From Octopus vulgaris (Eukaryota): a DNA stretch of 64,000 nt. Location: assembly GCA_951406725.2 (NCBI GenBank), contig OX597816.1, positions 40,300,001-40,364,000 of the forward strand, read 5' to 3'. This document shows, piece by piece, positions 13,057 to 26,342 of this stretch. Made by a program: the position numbers and the translations under genes. Numbering within the stretch: the stretch's first letter is position 1; every line of letters begins with the position of its first letter. The notes under the pieces were generated by a model that was not told the DNA's origin, searched no databases, and saw only the letters and a program-made list of their open reading frames with translations.

Positions 13057-13330
13057 GACACTCTGACGAAGGTGACTAAAACGGGTAAACCTCACTTGTC
13101 CTCCCCTTTACACTTTATATTGACATTTCTGTGATAACGATCCCTATTGATCGATTTTTTTCCTTTACTTTTTATTTTTTATCCCCCCCTTTTTTTTGCT
13201 TTCCTCTTTCTTTCCTTTTACGATCCCTTTTGATCGAAAACCAAACCCCCTTTTTTATCCCCCAAAAGAAAAGATCTACCTTGTAATGTGTCCCGTCTGT
13301 GTGCAGCCCTGTGTGGCTAATAAAGAAACA
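13057..13330 (+). mobile_element. Retroelement 3' UTR (~270 bp) inserted in (TATC)n, possibly Tx1/L1-type
   Basis: T-rich UTR ending CAGCCCTGTGTGGCTAATAAAGAAA; pure (TATC)n on both sides; its first ~26 nt recur at 13548-13570. Tx1 assignment is not shown by linkage in this window. Confidence 0.65.
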
Positions 13331-13419
<89 letters not shown>

Positions 13420-13950
13420 GTGTGTGTGTGTGTCTGTCTGTCTGTCTGTCTCTCTTTCTCTCCCTACTCTCTCTCTATCTATCATATTTTTTACAAGAAA
13501 AAGTTGACATTGATTAAAAAATTCCGGTCGGTTCTCTCTCGACTGGCACTCTGACGAAGGTGACTAAAACAAAAAATTGAAACACTCAGCATTTTCGTAG
13601 TAAAAATATATATACAATACTCCATTTAATACGTATGCGTATATAACGATACATGTAGACAAACGTTAGCATATATGTATGCACCTTCTCGATATGTTTT
13701 CTGTATGTACGTATTTATGTGAGTATATATCCCTATAAGCGTAAGTCTATGCTTACATGTATTTATATATGTACATACATGCATATACAAACATACACAC
13801 ACACGCACAGATATATATATATATAAATATATATAAGTATGTATGTGTGTGTATTTGTATACCAATACACGCATACCGACTAGCTCAAACCCACACACTT
13901 ATGCAGAAAGGGAGAGATAGATAGATAGAGAGAGAAAGACAGAGTGAGAG

Positions 13951-13985
<35 letters not shown>

Positions 13986-14481
13986 AAGAGAGAGAAAGAG
14001 AGAGAAAGAGATAGATAGATAGATAAATAGATAGATAGAGAGAGACAGAGAGAAGGGGAGAAATGGAAAGAGAGAAAAACTGTCAGAAAGACTGGCGGAG
14101 AGAAATGTAGGATTATATGAACTGATTTAGCGATATACATCCTTTAATTATATGTATGCTGATTTTGTGCAGTTGAACGAGTTAACATTCTCGAAGGTAT
14201 GTTGGATCAAATTATATTTGCAATCCTCGTGAGCCAGTTCTCTATTCTATGATAGGTACGTAGCCTTAGTCAATTGAATTATGGTAACAAACTTAAGTAT
14301 TCCTCACCTAACAACTTGTTATCCAACCGAACGTCCGTATAAAGTGTAAAACTCATACATGTTATGGTTTCTGTTTAGCTGATAATTTGCTGTGTTCAAT
14401 GCAATGCATGCATACATTATGCATACAATGCATACATACATACATGCTCTCTGTCTATCTGTCTGTCTCTCTGCCTTTCCC

Positions 14482-14527
<46 letters not shown>

Positions 14528-14528
<1 letters not shown>

Positions 14529-15045
14529 TCGCTGGAAGATGGTGGGGATTCGTACTTCTCCTTACAATATATATATCGTGTGGAGATTGCATCGATAACT
14601 AGCTGCAAGATGCATCCTTCTGGGGTTAAAAACAGTAGTAATGTTGTGTTCCTAAGGAAAGGCCATGTTGAAGAGTCGATAAACGTTACTTCTCTGTATA
14701 GTAATTACTTTCATCTCTTATAGAGATTTTTTATCTAGCTACTTAGCTTGTTGCAAGATCAGTGACTGGTTGTCATTTATTATTTTTTTATAATATATTA
14801 CGAGCTGGAGCGGACTACTATTATCTCTAGCGGACGAGTATTCACTACTGAGATAATCAGAAACAGCTCCAAACCGGACTGTCTCGTGCTCCCGTCGCTG
14901 ACAAAAGATGGTGGGGGTTTCGCTCCCCTGCTTGCATTATATATCGGGTGCAGATTGCATCGATAACCACCTGGAAGAGGCGTCGTCCTGGGATTAAAAG
15001 CAGTGGTAACATTGTGTTCCTGGCGATAAACGTTACTTCTCTCTT
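14528..15045 (+). mobile_element. Candidate non-LTR retrozyme: ~1.4 tandem copies of a ~370-bp unit with a degenerate type I hammerhead
   Basis: GATGGTGGGG at 14538 and 14907, GATTGCATCGATAAC at 14585 and 14953 (period 368-369). Core CTGAGA 14848-14853, GAAA 14860-14863, stem III ACAG/CTGT, GTC 14881-14883, inside a long imperfect hairpin of about 14795-14943. Confidence 0.55.
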
Positions 15046-15048
15046 GCA

Positions 15049-15139
<91 letters not shown>

Positions 15140-15539
15140 GCATAAATAGATAAGAAGAATAAGGATAAACACAAGTTATAAGTTCTTATTTAAAGATCCG
15201 ACACGTGTTTCACAGTTATAGTTGTTTGGAACACTGAGAGAGATGTTCCAAATGTGTAAAGATGCTCAATCACAACGGACTCTCAGACAACACGTTAATG
15301 TATCAAGTTACGCACGCACGCACGCACGCACACAGACACAGACACACACACACACACACACACGCGCGCGCACACATGCACACACGCACACAAACACACG
15401 CACAAACATATACGCACACGCACACATGTAAACTTTTTGTTTGAGGCTGGTACTTATTCTATCGATCATTTCACTTTTGTTGAACCTCTACATCGGCCGT
15501 GAGAGGTGATAAATATAAACACTAATACACACATACTCG

Positions 15540-15622
<83 letters not shown>

Positions 15623-16074
15623 CTAACTGTCTATCGGTATGTGTGTAATGTGTGCTTGTGTCTTTGTTTATATTCACACACATACACACACACGCTTATT
15701 GATTTACTAAAATGCACAATTTACTATAAGAATTAGGGTTGGTTTACCTACCTACATTGAAACCCTGTTCTCGTATAATGCTTTCCATAAACGGCAAGAA
15801 TGATTTTGTCATTCATTCCATCACCTTCCATTCCTTTGGAGCCGATAAAAATCTGGCAACGGAACTGTAAGAACGTAGGGCCAGATACCTAGTAGTATTG
15901 TATCAGGCACATGGCAATTTGTGTCCTCGTCATGGTCTATTTTAGTACATTACTCGGTCTAGCACCTGCAGCGGAGTCTACAGCTACAAGTTTTCAAGCC
16001 TGGCCTCCTCACTACCAGTCTCAGGGATCTTGTGATGTTATGACATTATTTCTTGAATAATATATATATATATA

Positions 16075-16482
16075 CTCTTTACTCTTTACTCTTTTACTTG
16101 TTTCAGTCATTTGACTGCGGCCATGCTGGAGCACCGCCTTTAGTCGAGCAAATCGACCCCGGGACTTATTCTTTGTAAGCCCAGTACTTATTCTATCGGT
16201 CTCTTTTGCCGAACCGCTAAGTAATGGGGACGTAAACACACCAGCATCGGTTGTCAAGCGATATTGGGGGTACAAACACAGACACACAAACACACACACA
16301 CACACACACATATACACATATATACATATATACGACAGGCTTCTTTCAGTTTCCGTCTACCAAATCTACCCACAAGGCACTGGTCGGCCCGGGGCTGTAG
16401 CAGAAGACACTTGCCCAAGATGCCACGCAGTGGGACTGAACCCGGAACCATGTGGTTGGTTAGCAAGCTACTTACCACACAG
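16075..16482 (-). mobile_element. SINE group C
   Basis: Reverse complement of the 11035-11443 family. Confidence 0.92.
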
Positions 16483-16499
16483 GTGTGATTTAAGGGTGA

Positions 16500-17050
16500 T
16501 TTGACTGCTTTTTCTAGCGATTGAAGAATCACTAATAGCTATCATCCTCCTCCTGCATTGGTTCATATTTCATATTTGGGAATTTTCGAAATGCATCGTA
16601 GTATTAGTCTCGCTTCCATCGTTAATCTCCTATATTTTGGAGAAATCTGCAAACAATAGATGCATTATTTACCAATATTTTCCCATCAAATGTTGGTTGA
16701 AATGTTTTGTGACGTAGTACATAGAATTAGTTGTAATAAGAAGTATGGTGGATCGGCGTATGTCTTAATTGAAAGACCAATTCTTATTCGTATATTGGCT
16801 TTAGTCATTAGACTGCAATCAGACTGGAGCATCGCCGTCACGGATTTTAGTGCTTATATTTGTAACGATAATATTTGTGGTGCTTAATACATCGAACTTA
16901 TGAAATAAGAAAATTCGCTTTTGGCTTTCAGCTTTTGCATGATTAATTAATCTACATTTACGATCTATATTATTGGCTTTGAGTGTGACGAACGCGTCAC
17001 ATTTACGCAAGTATCTTTATCTTTTCCCTATTTATCAGCTAAGTGGGTGC
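16500..17050 (-). mobile_element. Highly decayed Penelope-like ORF remnant
   Basis: Ordered traces across frames resembling KP..YIH / HPPNI / FN..PPY / ENIGK / PNMK of the Penelope thumb-linker region. Confidence 0.3.
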
Positions 17051-17300
17051 AATAATTTTTTTTCATAGTTTATGATAATATATTTAGTTAAATGTTAACT
17101 GTTGTTTAAAAGTACATAACCGTTAACTGGTTTTAGTTTTTAATTCGACGAATTTCAATATATTTTCCTATTTATTTATTCTAGCATGATTAGATTCTCT
17201 TCTTAAAACAACCAAAACCAGTAGCTGCTTAGTTAAAAATGTAAATATTGTCTATCTGTTTTCCATAGCAAATATCCGGACCATTTTCTTTTTCTTTCTT

Positions 17301-17359
<59 letters not shown>

Positions 17360-17949
17360 ATACACAAACACATGTTTGTATATAATATACGGGAAAGGCT
17401 AGAATAAAATGCCCGTTAATTACTTCAACCGATTTCATTGTGCAGTTAGGAGCGAACCTACTTCATCTCTTATTTCCTGTGCAAAATATTTGTATCCCTA
17501 TGTGTGTGTGGAAGTGTGTGTATTGTGCGTATATGTGTGTGTAGGAGTAGATGTAGCTAAAGGTACATATACGTAGACCGACAGATAGTGCGGCTTAGTT
17601 TTACTCTCCCCGCTCTCTCTCTCTCTCTCTCTCTCTCTCACTATTGCACTGGAACGCAGAAATAAACTACGTATGTGACTGGCTGTATATGAAATATCAT
17701 TCAGAAAAGAAAACCTGACTGTCCTCCATTTTGGAAAATTTAATTTAGAAGCGCCTCTGATATAAAACCTGCGGTCGAAATACTTAACGGACATCTTGTT
17801 TGTGTTTGTCACTGTATATTTACCTATGTATAATTACAAAGAGTAATACGTGTCACACATGTGTATGTTACTATAATTCGATGGTGTACATATAATTTAT
17901 CACGTCATTTAGTTTCATAGAGGCACTTAATTTGGAGTATCATATTTCA

Positions 17950-18800
17950 ACTAGACTGATAATACTTACCTTGGCCCTTGGCGGGAGAGCACCATTAGAA
18001 GCGTTGTGAGATCACAGGGGGGAGGTAAATGTAAGGAAATAATATGCTAGACGTTGTATGTTTAGAATTGCGAAGTTTCCAAGAAATATATTTATACACT
18101 TTCTGCAATTCTTGTATTTTGAATAATTTCTTTACTTGTCTCTAGTTTTCGTTGAACTTCACGTCCACTGTACATCGTTTCTCTAGATCAGTAAGCGGCC
18201 TTTTCACACCGATTCATGTAACAATATCTTGCATTTTGTGCTTAAAGCAAGTTTCTGATTCTATTGTAATATTTCACTAATATTCTTAATTTTTTGAGGG
18301 TTGGATGCATTGTGGTTTTAGTGTGGCTTTGGTTTGTTCATCAGAACAATCTTTGCTGCATATTGTATTGTTGACAGTTTTGACGATGTCATATCTTATG
18401 GGAAGGTAGGAAATTGTGGGCGTTTTAGGACAGGTTCAGGTATGGATGATAACTTTCTCAATAGTATGGCATAATTGAAATTTTATTACCCAACCGGATG
18501 TTTTGATGCATCCTTATCTCTTATCTTGATCGAATATTTTGTTGCTACTACATGTTTATCGATAGCGAAGGCGTAGTCATCTGTGTGCCTGTATCATAGT
18601 TGGTTTAAAAGAAGATATTCATGTGAAAGTTGTTGGTATTCTGAAGATTACTGTAGCATATTTTCTACTGTTATGATGAGTATTTCTCCTCGAAGTCTCT
18701 GTTTAAGTAGGTGAGTCCGGATATAAATGACTCGAGTACACCAGCTGTGCAATTAGAATTCCTGTTGAAGTTCTTCGTCCAAATTCGTGATGTTATTTCT
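17950..18800 (-). mobile_element. Decayed Penelope-like element (RT to GIY-YIG)
   Basis: Minus strand L*YRHTDDYAF near 18570-18603 (RYxDD-type RT motif), followed by linker and GIY-YIG-like traces. Confidence 0.4.
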
Positions 18801-18809
18801 TTCAATGTT

Positions 18810-19020
18810 AAGGCGGTGAGGTAACGGAACCGTTACCCCACGCAGCAAAATGCTTAGTGGTATTTCTTTCTTTTTTAGGTTTTGAGTTCAAATGTTGCCG
18901 AACTCAGCTTTGCCTTTTACCCTTTCGAGGTCGACAAAATAAGTACCAGTTGAGCACTGGGGTCGATGTAATCGATTTAGACACTTTCCTAGAATTCTTC
19001 GCCTTGAACCAAAATTTTGG
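18810..19020 (+). mobile_element. SINE group A, old copy
   Basis: AGGCGGTGAG head, GAGTTCAAAT, CTTTGCCTTTTACCCTTTCGAGGTCGAC core. Confidence 0.75.
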
Positions 19021-19319
19021 ACCATCATTGCTTTCACTGTTGAATATAAATGTGATGTACTTAATTCCTCTCCTTACACATCAGAAGGTGTTGTCTACGT
19101 GGTAGGAAGCGGCACTCAATTGCTGACTAAATTGATTTTATGCATTTGAATCCTTCCCACTGATGGAGTAACAAAAATCATAAACAACATCGCAGGGTAA
19201 TTGTAACATGAAGTACACTTCAACAATACCCGTGTGTATTAAAATGTATGTATGTATGTCTGTATGTCTGTATGTATGTATGTATGTATGTATGTATGTA
19301 TGTATGTATGTATAACTAT

Positions 19320-19523
19320 TGATTTCAAATTTTGGCACAAGGCCTGCAATTTAGAGGTAGTGGGTATGGCGTTTACATCGACCTAAGTACTCAATCGGTA
19401 CTTACTTTATACATCTCGAAAGGATGAAAAGCAAAGTCGATCTAGCAGAATTGGAACTCAGACGGACGAAATCCCACTAAACATTTTACCGGGCGTGCTA
19501 ACGATTCTGTCAGCTCCTCGGCT
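19320..19523 (-). mobile_element. SINE group A, old copy with alternative tail
   Basis: Core AAAGGATGAAAAGCAAAGTCGA; tail TTTCAAATTTTGGCACAAGG on the plus strand. Confidence 0.75.
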
Positions 19524-19650
19524 ATATATTTATACATATTAATGTTTCTTTTTTTTGACTGCGACAATGGCTTAGCTGGCCAACACTTCGAAGTCACTGT
19601 CACTTATATATATATATATTATTAATATATATATAGAATAGAATATAAAC

Positions 19651-19681
<31 letters not shown>

Positions 19682-19734
19682 AATATATGTGTGTGTGTAT
19701 ATATATATGTGTGTGTATAAATAAATAAATAAAC

Positions 19735-19773
<39 letters not shown>

Positions 19774-20524
19774 GATATTGGTACATTTGTATGGTTATAC
19801 ATCTTAACGTATAGTTTGGGGTTAAATCTAATAATGGCATCTATTTTATATAACAAAATAACTGATTCTGCGTACTGAACATATATTTCTATACTTTAAT
19901 TTAAAAAAAAAATCTTGTCTAACTGTTTTTCTCCCGCGAATTATTATGAGATATACAATTTCAGTTCAATCTCATCAAATTCAAAATTTTTAAGACTATT
20001 AATGAGATTAAAACATATTATTAATATATCTTCCCTGCACACCCATGTAACATTATTTCCATCTGATCAAGCCTTTTTTATTTCACTATTATGTCACAAT
20101 CTTGTGCATACGAATACACTGATACACACATGAACACACACGCACACACACATACATATATATATGTATATGGGCAAGCACTGAGTGTATATTTACGTTT
20201 TTGTTTATATACGTTACCCGTATAACTACATATTTGTACAGATATATGCACTTATATAGAAACACAACACTGTGTACATGAATTCACTTGTTTCCTTATA
20301 TAGGCACGTGTTTGTATAAGGTCGAATATTTATTTATATATCTATATTATATTATTATCACTTCATTTAAAGTTTTCATAGGGTCAATTATCTATTTCAG
20401 ATATCTGAATTAATTAGTATGTTCTGAGGTAATTGAGTGCTCGAAAACAGAAATAGGTTTAGTTGAATATATATATATATATTAAAGTGTGGTGCGCATA
20501 CATACACGCGCAAATGTGTGTGAG

Positions 20525-20614
<90 letters not shown>

Positions 20615-20995
20615 CATATATATATATACCTATATATATATATACGTATATATATATACATACATATATACATATATATATACACATATATATGTACATA
20701 TATATGTATATATATATATATATATATATGCATACACACATATATATATATACATATATATATACATACATATATACACACACATATATATACATACATA
20801 TGTATATCTATATATATGCATATATAAATGTATGTACGTATACGTGCATATGTATTAGTATATATATACATATATATTCATATATATTTTACATATAAAT
20901 ATATGTATGAATGTGCGTATGCATATATATATATACATAGATACACATACATACATATATATATACATATATATATATACATATATATATGTATG

Positions 20996-21027
<32 letters not shown>

Positions 21028-21093
21028 AATAACTTTTACTCGCTATCTCTCTATCTATCTACCTATCACTTTCTCTCTTTATATACATAGGTT

Positions 21094-21209
<116 letters not shown>

Positions 21210-21391
21210 TATATAAAGTGAATAAAAGCCTAATTAATGGAAACGAATGATCGCATAGGACAATTTATAGATATATGTCTGAAAAATAAATAGATAGGTT
21301 GATAGGTAACAAACATGTAGAGATATTAAGTGAGTAGGTAGGAGTTAGCTTGGTTTATAAGCACATAGGTAGATAAGTATGAAGTTACAGA

Positions 21392-21430
<39 letters not shown>

Positions 21431-22119
21431 GATCTCTCTCTATGTATATACGTGCAAATATATATATGTGTGTGTGCGTGCGTGTGTGTAGGTAGATTGA
21501 GTGATATGTAGATAGGATGTTACGATATGTACCTATTTATTGATGCAGAATATTGCCATTAGAATGCAACGGTAGATATGGTTCGGAACATGTTGATATT
21601 TCCGTTAAATATAACTTAGAATCTACAGGAAATATGAAAGCATATAATATTTGCATTAGGCTCTGACTTCGGAAGAATATTTGTATGGTTTAAAGCGGAA
21701 AATGATACAAACGACGAATATTATATAAATACAATGAAATTCCATTTGTAGCATCTGCAAAAATAATAGGTAATGCATGGTCGAAAGCAATAAAATAGCA
21801 TAATGGAAATATATTTGCAGTTTACTTGAGAGCGAATATCTTGATATATTGATTTCTCACATCGACTAATGTTAAACAATTACATGGAAGCACTGTGTTA
21901 GATTACACCGACCAGAATATATTACTGGTCCTTACATTATGAACCTCAGAACGATAAATGGTGATATTAATCTCAGAGGTATTTGAAGTAATCTTGTCAT
22001 ATTAAATGGAAATTCGTGGTGCAATGGCATGAAATCTTAGCAAAAGAATCATAGAAAAGTTAGTTCTAATATATCTCCATTTATGAAAATAAAACTGTTA
22101 CAATATTAACGATAGAAAA

Positions 22120-22860
22120 TTGGTTTCAAATTTTGGCATAACGCCAGTAAATTCGGGGGTGAATAAGTCGATTTCATCGACTTAAGTGTTCAGTTGGCAT
22201 TTATCTTATCGACCCCTAGTGGATAATAGGTGAAGTTAACCCCAACGGCACTTGAACTCAGAGTGTTGGTTGGCATCCTTTCTGTCTCGGGAGACAATGG
22301 AGTTGCGCATAAAGTAGTCTAGTCCGGCTTTTATATTTCATGTCCTGATACATTTCCTGCTGTGGCTGTGTAGTCCTATCCTGGACAAACACTCCCTCTG
22401 GCAGGTACGGCAAATGTAGCGAAGACTGTTCCTGGCTGGTTGTAATGCCATAGTCTCTTGTTGATGTCTCTTCTTTTCTTTCCATTTCTCCTCTCTCTCT
22501 CTGTCACTCCTTTGTATTCCCTCTTTTACGGTACGTCGCCATTCTCCACGGTTGCCGGCAACTGCCTCCCAACCGCTAATATTGATGTTGCAGGCCTTCA
22601 TGTCCCTTTTGCAAACATCCTTGCAAAGATCGGTCTACCCACAGACCTAGTACCCCTAGCAAGCTCTCCGTAGAGTATGTCCTTGGGGATTCTGCCATCT
22701 TTCATACGGCCAACATGCCCAAGCCATCTCATACGTCTTTGTGTGAGGAGTGCAAACATGCTTGGTATTCCTGCTTGCCTGAAGACATCTTTGTTGTAAA
22801 GTGGGAAAAAATACCGCTAAGCATTTTCCCGGCGCGGTAACAACTCTGCCAGCTCGACGA
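22120..22860 (-). mobile_element. SINE group A split by an RTE insertion
   Basis: SINE 3' part at 22120-22265 and head at 22796-22860 flank the RTE fragment. Confidence 0.7.
22266..22795 (-). mobile_element. RTE-clade LINE 3' fragment
   Basis: RRMRWLGHVGRMKDGRIPKDILYGELARGTRSVGRP, then ORF 22338-22601 ending in the C2H2-like YICRTCQRECLSRIGLHSHSRKC; 3' UTR CCATTGTCTCCCGAGACAGAAAGGATGCCAAC. Confidence 0.92.
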
Positions 22861-22939
22861 CATATATTAAGGTTAAAATATTAAGATCTTGTTTCATATG
22901 AAAAATAATACATACTACTGTTTATTATTACAAATTCTA

Positions 22940-23140
22940 AAGTGGCGAGCTAGCAGAATCGTTAGCACACAGAGCAAATAAGCTTAGCGGCATTTCGTCC
23001 ATCTTTAAAAGTTTTGAGTTCAAATTTCGCTGAATTCGACAAAGCCTTTTATTCTTTCGGGGTCGCTGGAATATGTACCAGTTGATGTAATCACTTCCTT
23101 TAATTCCTCAAAACTGCTTGCATTTGAGGAAAATTAGAAA
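22940..23140 (+). mobile_element. SINE group A, old copy
   Basis: GTGGCGAGCTAGCAGAATCGTTAGCAC head and degenerate core. Confidence 0.7.
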
Positions 23141-23146
23141 GAATTA

Positions 23147-23375
23147 TATTGGTTTGTCCGGAAAGTTCGTGCCGATTTATAGTAGCTTACCTTTCGACTT
23201 ACCCTCCCAGGCATCTCAATTCTGGGAAGAGGTTATTTTCAAGTTAAAGGAAAGATGGAGATGCATTGTGCAGCAAAATGGTTCATATTTGCTTGATTAA
23301 AAATGTAATGGCAAGTATTTATTGACCTTTTACTTTCCTTTAAAAATCGGCACAAACTTTCCGGACAACCCAATA
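23147..23375 (+). mobile_element. Mariner internal-deletion derivative (MITE)
   Basis: TIRs TTGGTTTGTCCGGAAAGTTCGTGCCGATTT / AAATCGGCACAAACTTTCCGGACAACCCAA, TA flanks; keeps the C-terminus FWEEVIFKLKERWRCIVQQNGSYLLD*. Confidence 0.9.
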
Positions 23376-23479
23376 CACTGATATAAGCCGTCAGACAAAA
23401 TACTTATAAAATCCCAAATCCTAGGTATAATATGGGACGAGAGCGAGTTATCTGAGTAAATAAGGCACCGAATTTATAA

Positions 23480-24560
23480 TTGAAATTTTCACGCACAAAC
23501 ACACATATTAAGGCAAATTTAAGAATGAAATAATTTCACCGTGGATGGTATTCGAATGCTCTATTTTTCAATTTCACAATTTCATGTTCAGTAAATTAAT
23601 ACATTTCTATTTGGGTACCATTAGTGGCACATCAAGACGGTAATCAATTTATTGCCATGTTCGCTGTAGCATAGCCTTATTAATGGTGGCAATGGCATCA
23701 ATGGTGCTTTGCTTCAGGTCGTTGATCTTCCGTATCTTTGTTCAATACACGATGTCTTGAAAATAAGCCCATAGTAAAAAGTCCAGGGGAGTGATATCTG
23801 GGGAAAAAGGTGGCCAGTCTGGAAATGTTTGATTTAGGAACCAACGAACATGTAGTCCTGAACATGGTGGTGCACCATCCCGATGGAAAATGATGGTTGG
23901 TTGATGGTCATCCAATTTTGGTGCCACATATTCAGTCAAAAGGTCAAGGTAAACATTTGCAGAAATTAGACCAATGATTCGATTCCACACCAGACATTCA
24001 CCTTTGAACTATCTCGGTGAAGTTCCCTAGTTACATGGGAGTATTCCAATCCCCAGATCGTCACATTATGTGTATTTAGCTTCCCTGAAGCAAAAGGTTG
24101 CTTCATCACTGAAACAAACTCGGATGAGGAATGTTGCATCCTCAGAAATTCGTTTCAGCATGATAACGACTAACTCTTTTCGTCATTGTTTATCATTTGT
24201 TTCCAGTGCCTGTACAAGGTGCATTTGGTAAGCATAATTAAGGCGGTGAGCTGGCAGAAACGTTAGCACGCCGGGCGAAATGCTTCGCAGTATTTCGTCT
24301 GTCTCTACGTTCTGAGTTCAAATTCCGCCGAGGTTGACTTTGCCTTTCATCCTTTCGGGGTCGATTAAATAAGTACCAGATACGCACTGGGGTCGATGTA
24401 ATCGACTGAATCTGTTTGTCTGTCCTTGTTTGTCCCCTCTGTGTTGAGCCCCTTGTGGGTAGTAAAGAAATAGGTAAGCATACAATCACAAGTTCTTGTG
24501 TAGAACTTTGTGTAGTGGTACCTACAACTGTCTGGCAGCAGTACGTATGGACTTTGTAGA
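23480..24560 (-). mobile_element. Tc1/mariner-superfamily transposase relic (rosa/maT-like), interrupted by a SINE
   Basis: VCFSDEATF...GKLNTHNVTIWG near 24050-24120 and DGAPP...VRWFLNQTFPD...WPPFSPDITPLDFLLWAY in ORF 23742-23990. Confidence 0.85.
24241..24472 (+). mobile_element. SINE group A, young, inserted in the transposon relic
   Basis: Full length; flanking direct repeat GGTAAGCATA. Confidence 0.93.
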
Positions 24561-24747
24561 AAAACTAGCAACAGGGTACCTGAAGAACACAAATATAATG
24601 CGATTAAAAGCTTTGATAACCACTGATTACATAGAACAAATCTGATAAACATATCGCATCAATCGCATTTGTAATAAATTTTTCAAATTGTTAAAAGACT
24701 TTATACATATATATACATACATATATATATATATATACATAATGTAT

Positions 24748-24787
<40 letters not shown>

Positions 24788-25599
24788 GCATCTCATATGT
24801 TTATATGTTTTATATACCAAAAATGATTGAGCTAAGTTTGAGCTGCGTTTGCATGTATCCTTTTTATCTAATTATTTATTGAAAAAATAAAAATAGAAAA
24901 TAAAATTCCTTTTCTCATTGCATTTCTATAGGAGGAACAAAACATAATTAGAAAGAACACATCAATCTGATAAAAAAATTGCTCGTGGTATTTGGTATAA
25001 TTTGTGTAAAGATGAGACATTGTACTGTAGTCATTGCAAAGATTACACAAGCGAACTATCGTAATTTGAGTATGAAAATACTCAAATAAAGATATAAAAA
25101 AGCAACTAATAAATAAATAAATAAAAGTAGAAAGATAAATGAAATAACTAAAAGTTTTTTAAGTTAAAGTTAAATTTCTTCCAGGTTCGCAGAAAAAACT
25201 GAAAGTATTGAATATACTTCCTTCAAAATATATGCTTCCATTAGTGCGTCAATTTCTATTGACCTACAACATAAGCGCCATATTTCTTGTCGAGCCTTTA
25301 GGCAAAATCTTTAGCTCTGCCTACATTGCATAAATACATTTAGTTGTTTTTTCATATATAATTTAGGAAAGACAATATTTTTTTCTTTTGCAATATAACT
25401 TCCTTCCAAACACCATTGCGCTAACCTTGTATGATCTGCTATATGTATGATATTCTTTAGTATTTATTTTTTCAGACTTTTTTTGGCATCGCTTTACCCC
25501 ACCCCAGCTCTGAACCGGTAAATTTACGATCCATGTTGTTTCAACTTCAATCATTCTACCTCATCTTTTCAGATATTATACACCTTGGTCTATAAAGAT

Positions 25600-25785
25600 T
25601 GTGAGCTGGCAAAACCGTTAGCACGCCGGACAAAAATCTTAGAGGCATATCGTCCACTTTTATATTCTCAGTTCAAATTTTACAGAAGTCGACTTTCCCT
25701 TTCGGCTTTTCGAGGTCGATAAAGTAAGCATCAGTAATCGACTTCCCTTACCTAAAAGTTGTGCCAACAACAGAAAGAATTATAT
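25600..25785 (+). mobile_element. SINE group A, old copy
   Basis: GTGAGCTGGCAAAACCGTTAGCACGCCGG head; GTCGACTTTCCCTTTCGGCTTTTCGAGGTCGATAA core. Confidence 0.7.
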
Positions 25786-25920
25786 ATTTAAGCCACAGAG
25801 TTCACTGCATCATAAAAATTTCAAAATAATGTAATTTGAAGAAAATATAACTGCTATTTTTATTATGGTTTCAGGTTTTTTTCAAAGATAAATATGATAT
25901 TGATTTTGGTAATCAATATA

Positions 25921-26078
25921 AGCGTAGGCGTGGCTCTGTGGTAAAGAGCTTGCTATCTAACCACATATATCGGAGTTCAGCCCCACAGCACGGTACCTTG
26001 GGCAACTGTTGTCTACTATAACCTCGGATCGACCAAAGCCTAGTGAGTGGATTTGGTAGACGAAAACTGAAAGAAGCC

Positions 26079-26143
<65 letters not shown>

Positions 26144-26167
26144 GTATATATATAGAAAGAAGCCCGT

Positions 26168-26198
<31 letters not shown>

Positions 26199-26342
26199 AC
26201 ACACACACATATATATATGCATATATGTAGCAGTTTGGCAGAAGAGACCGATATAATATGACCAGGGATCGATTTCTTTGACTACAAGCTGGTGCTCCAG
26301 TATGGCTCCAGTCAAATGAATAAAACAAGTAAAAGAATAAAA
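25921..26342 (+). mobile_element. SINE group C with expanded internal microsatellites and internal deletion
   Basis: Head at 25921, AAGAAGCC.GTC duplicated around (AT)n, tail AAACAAGTAAAAGAATAAAAG. Confidence 0.8.
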
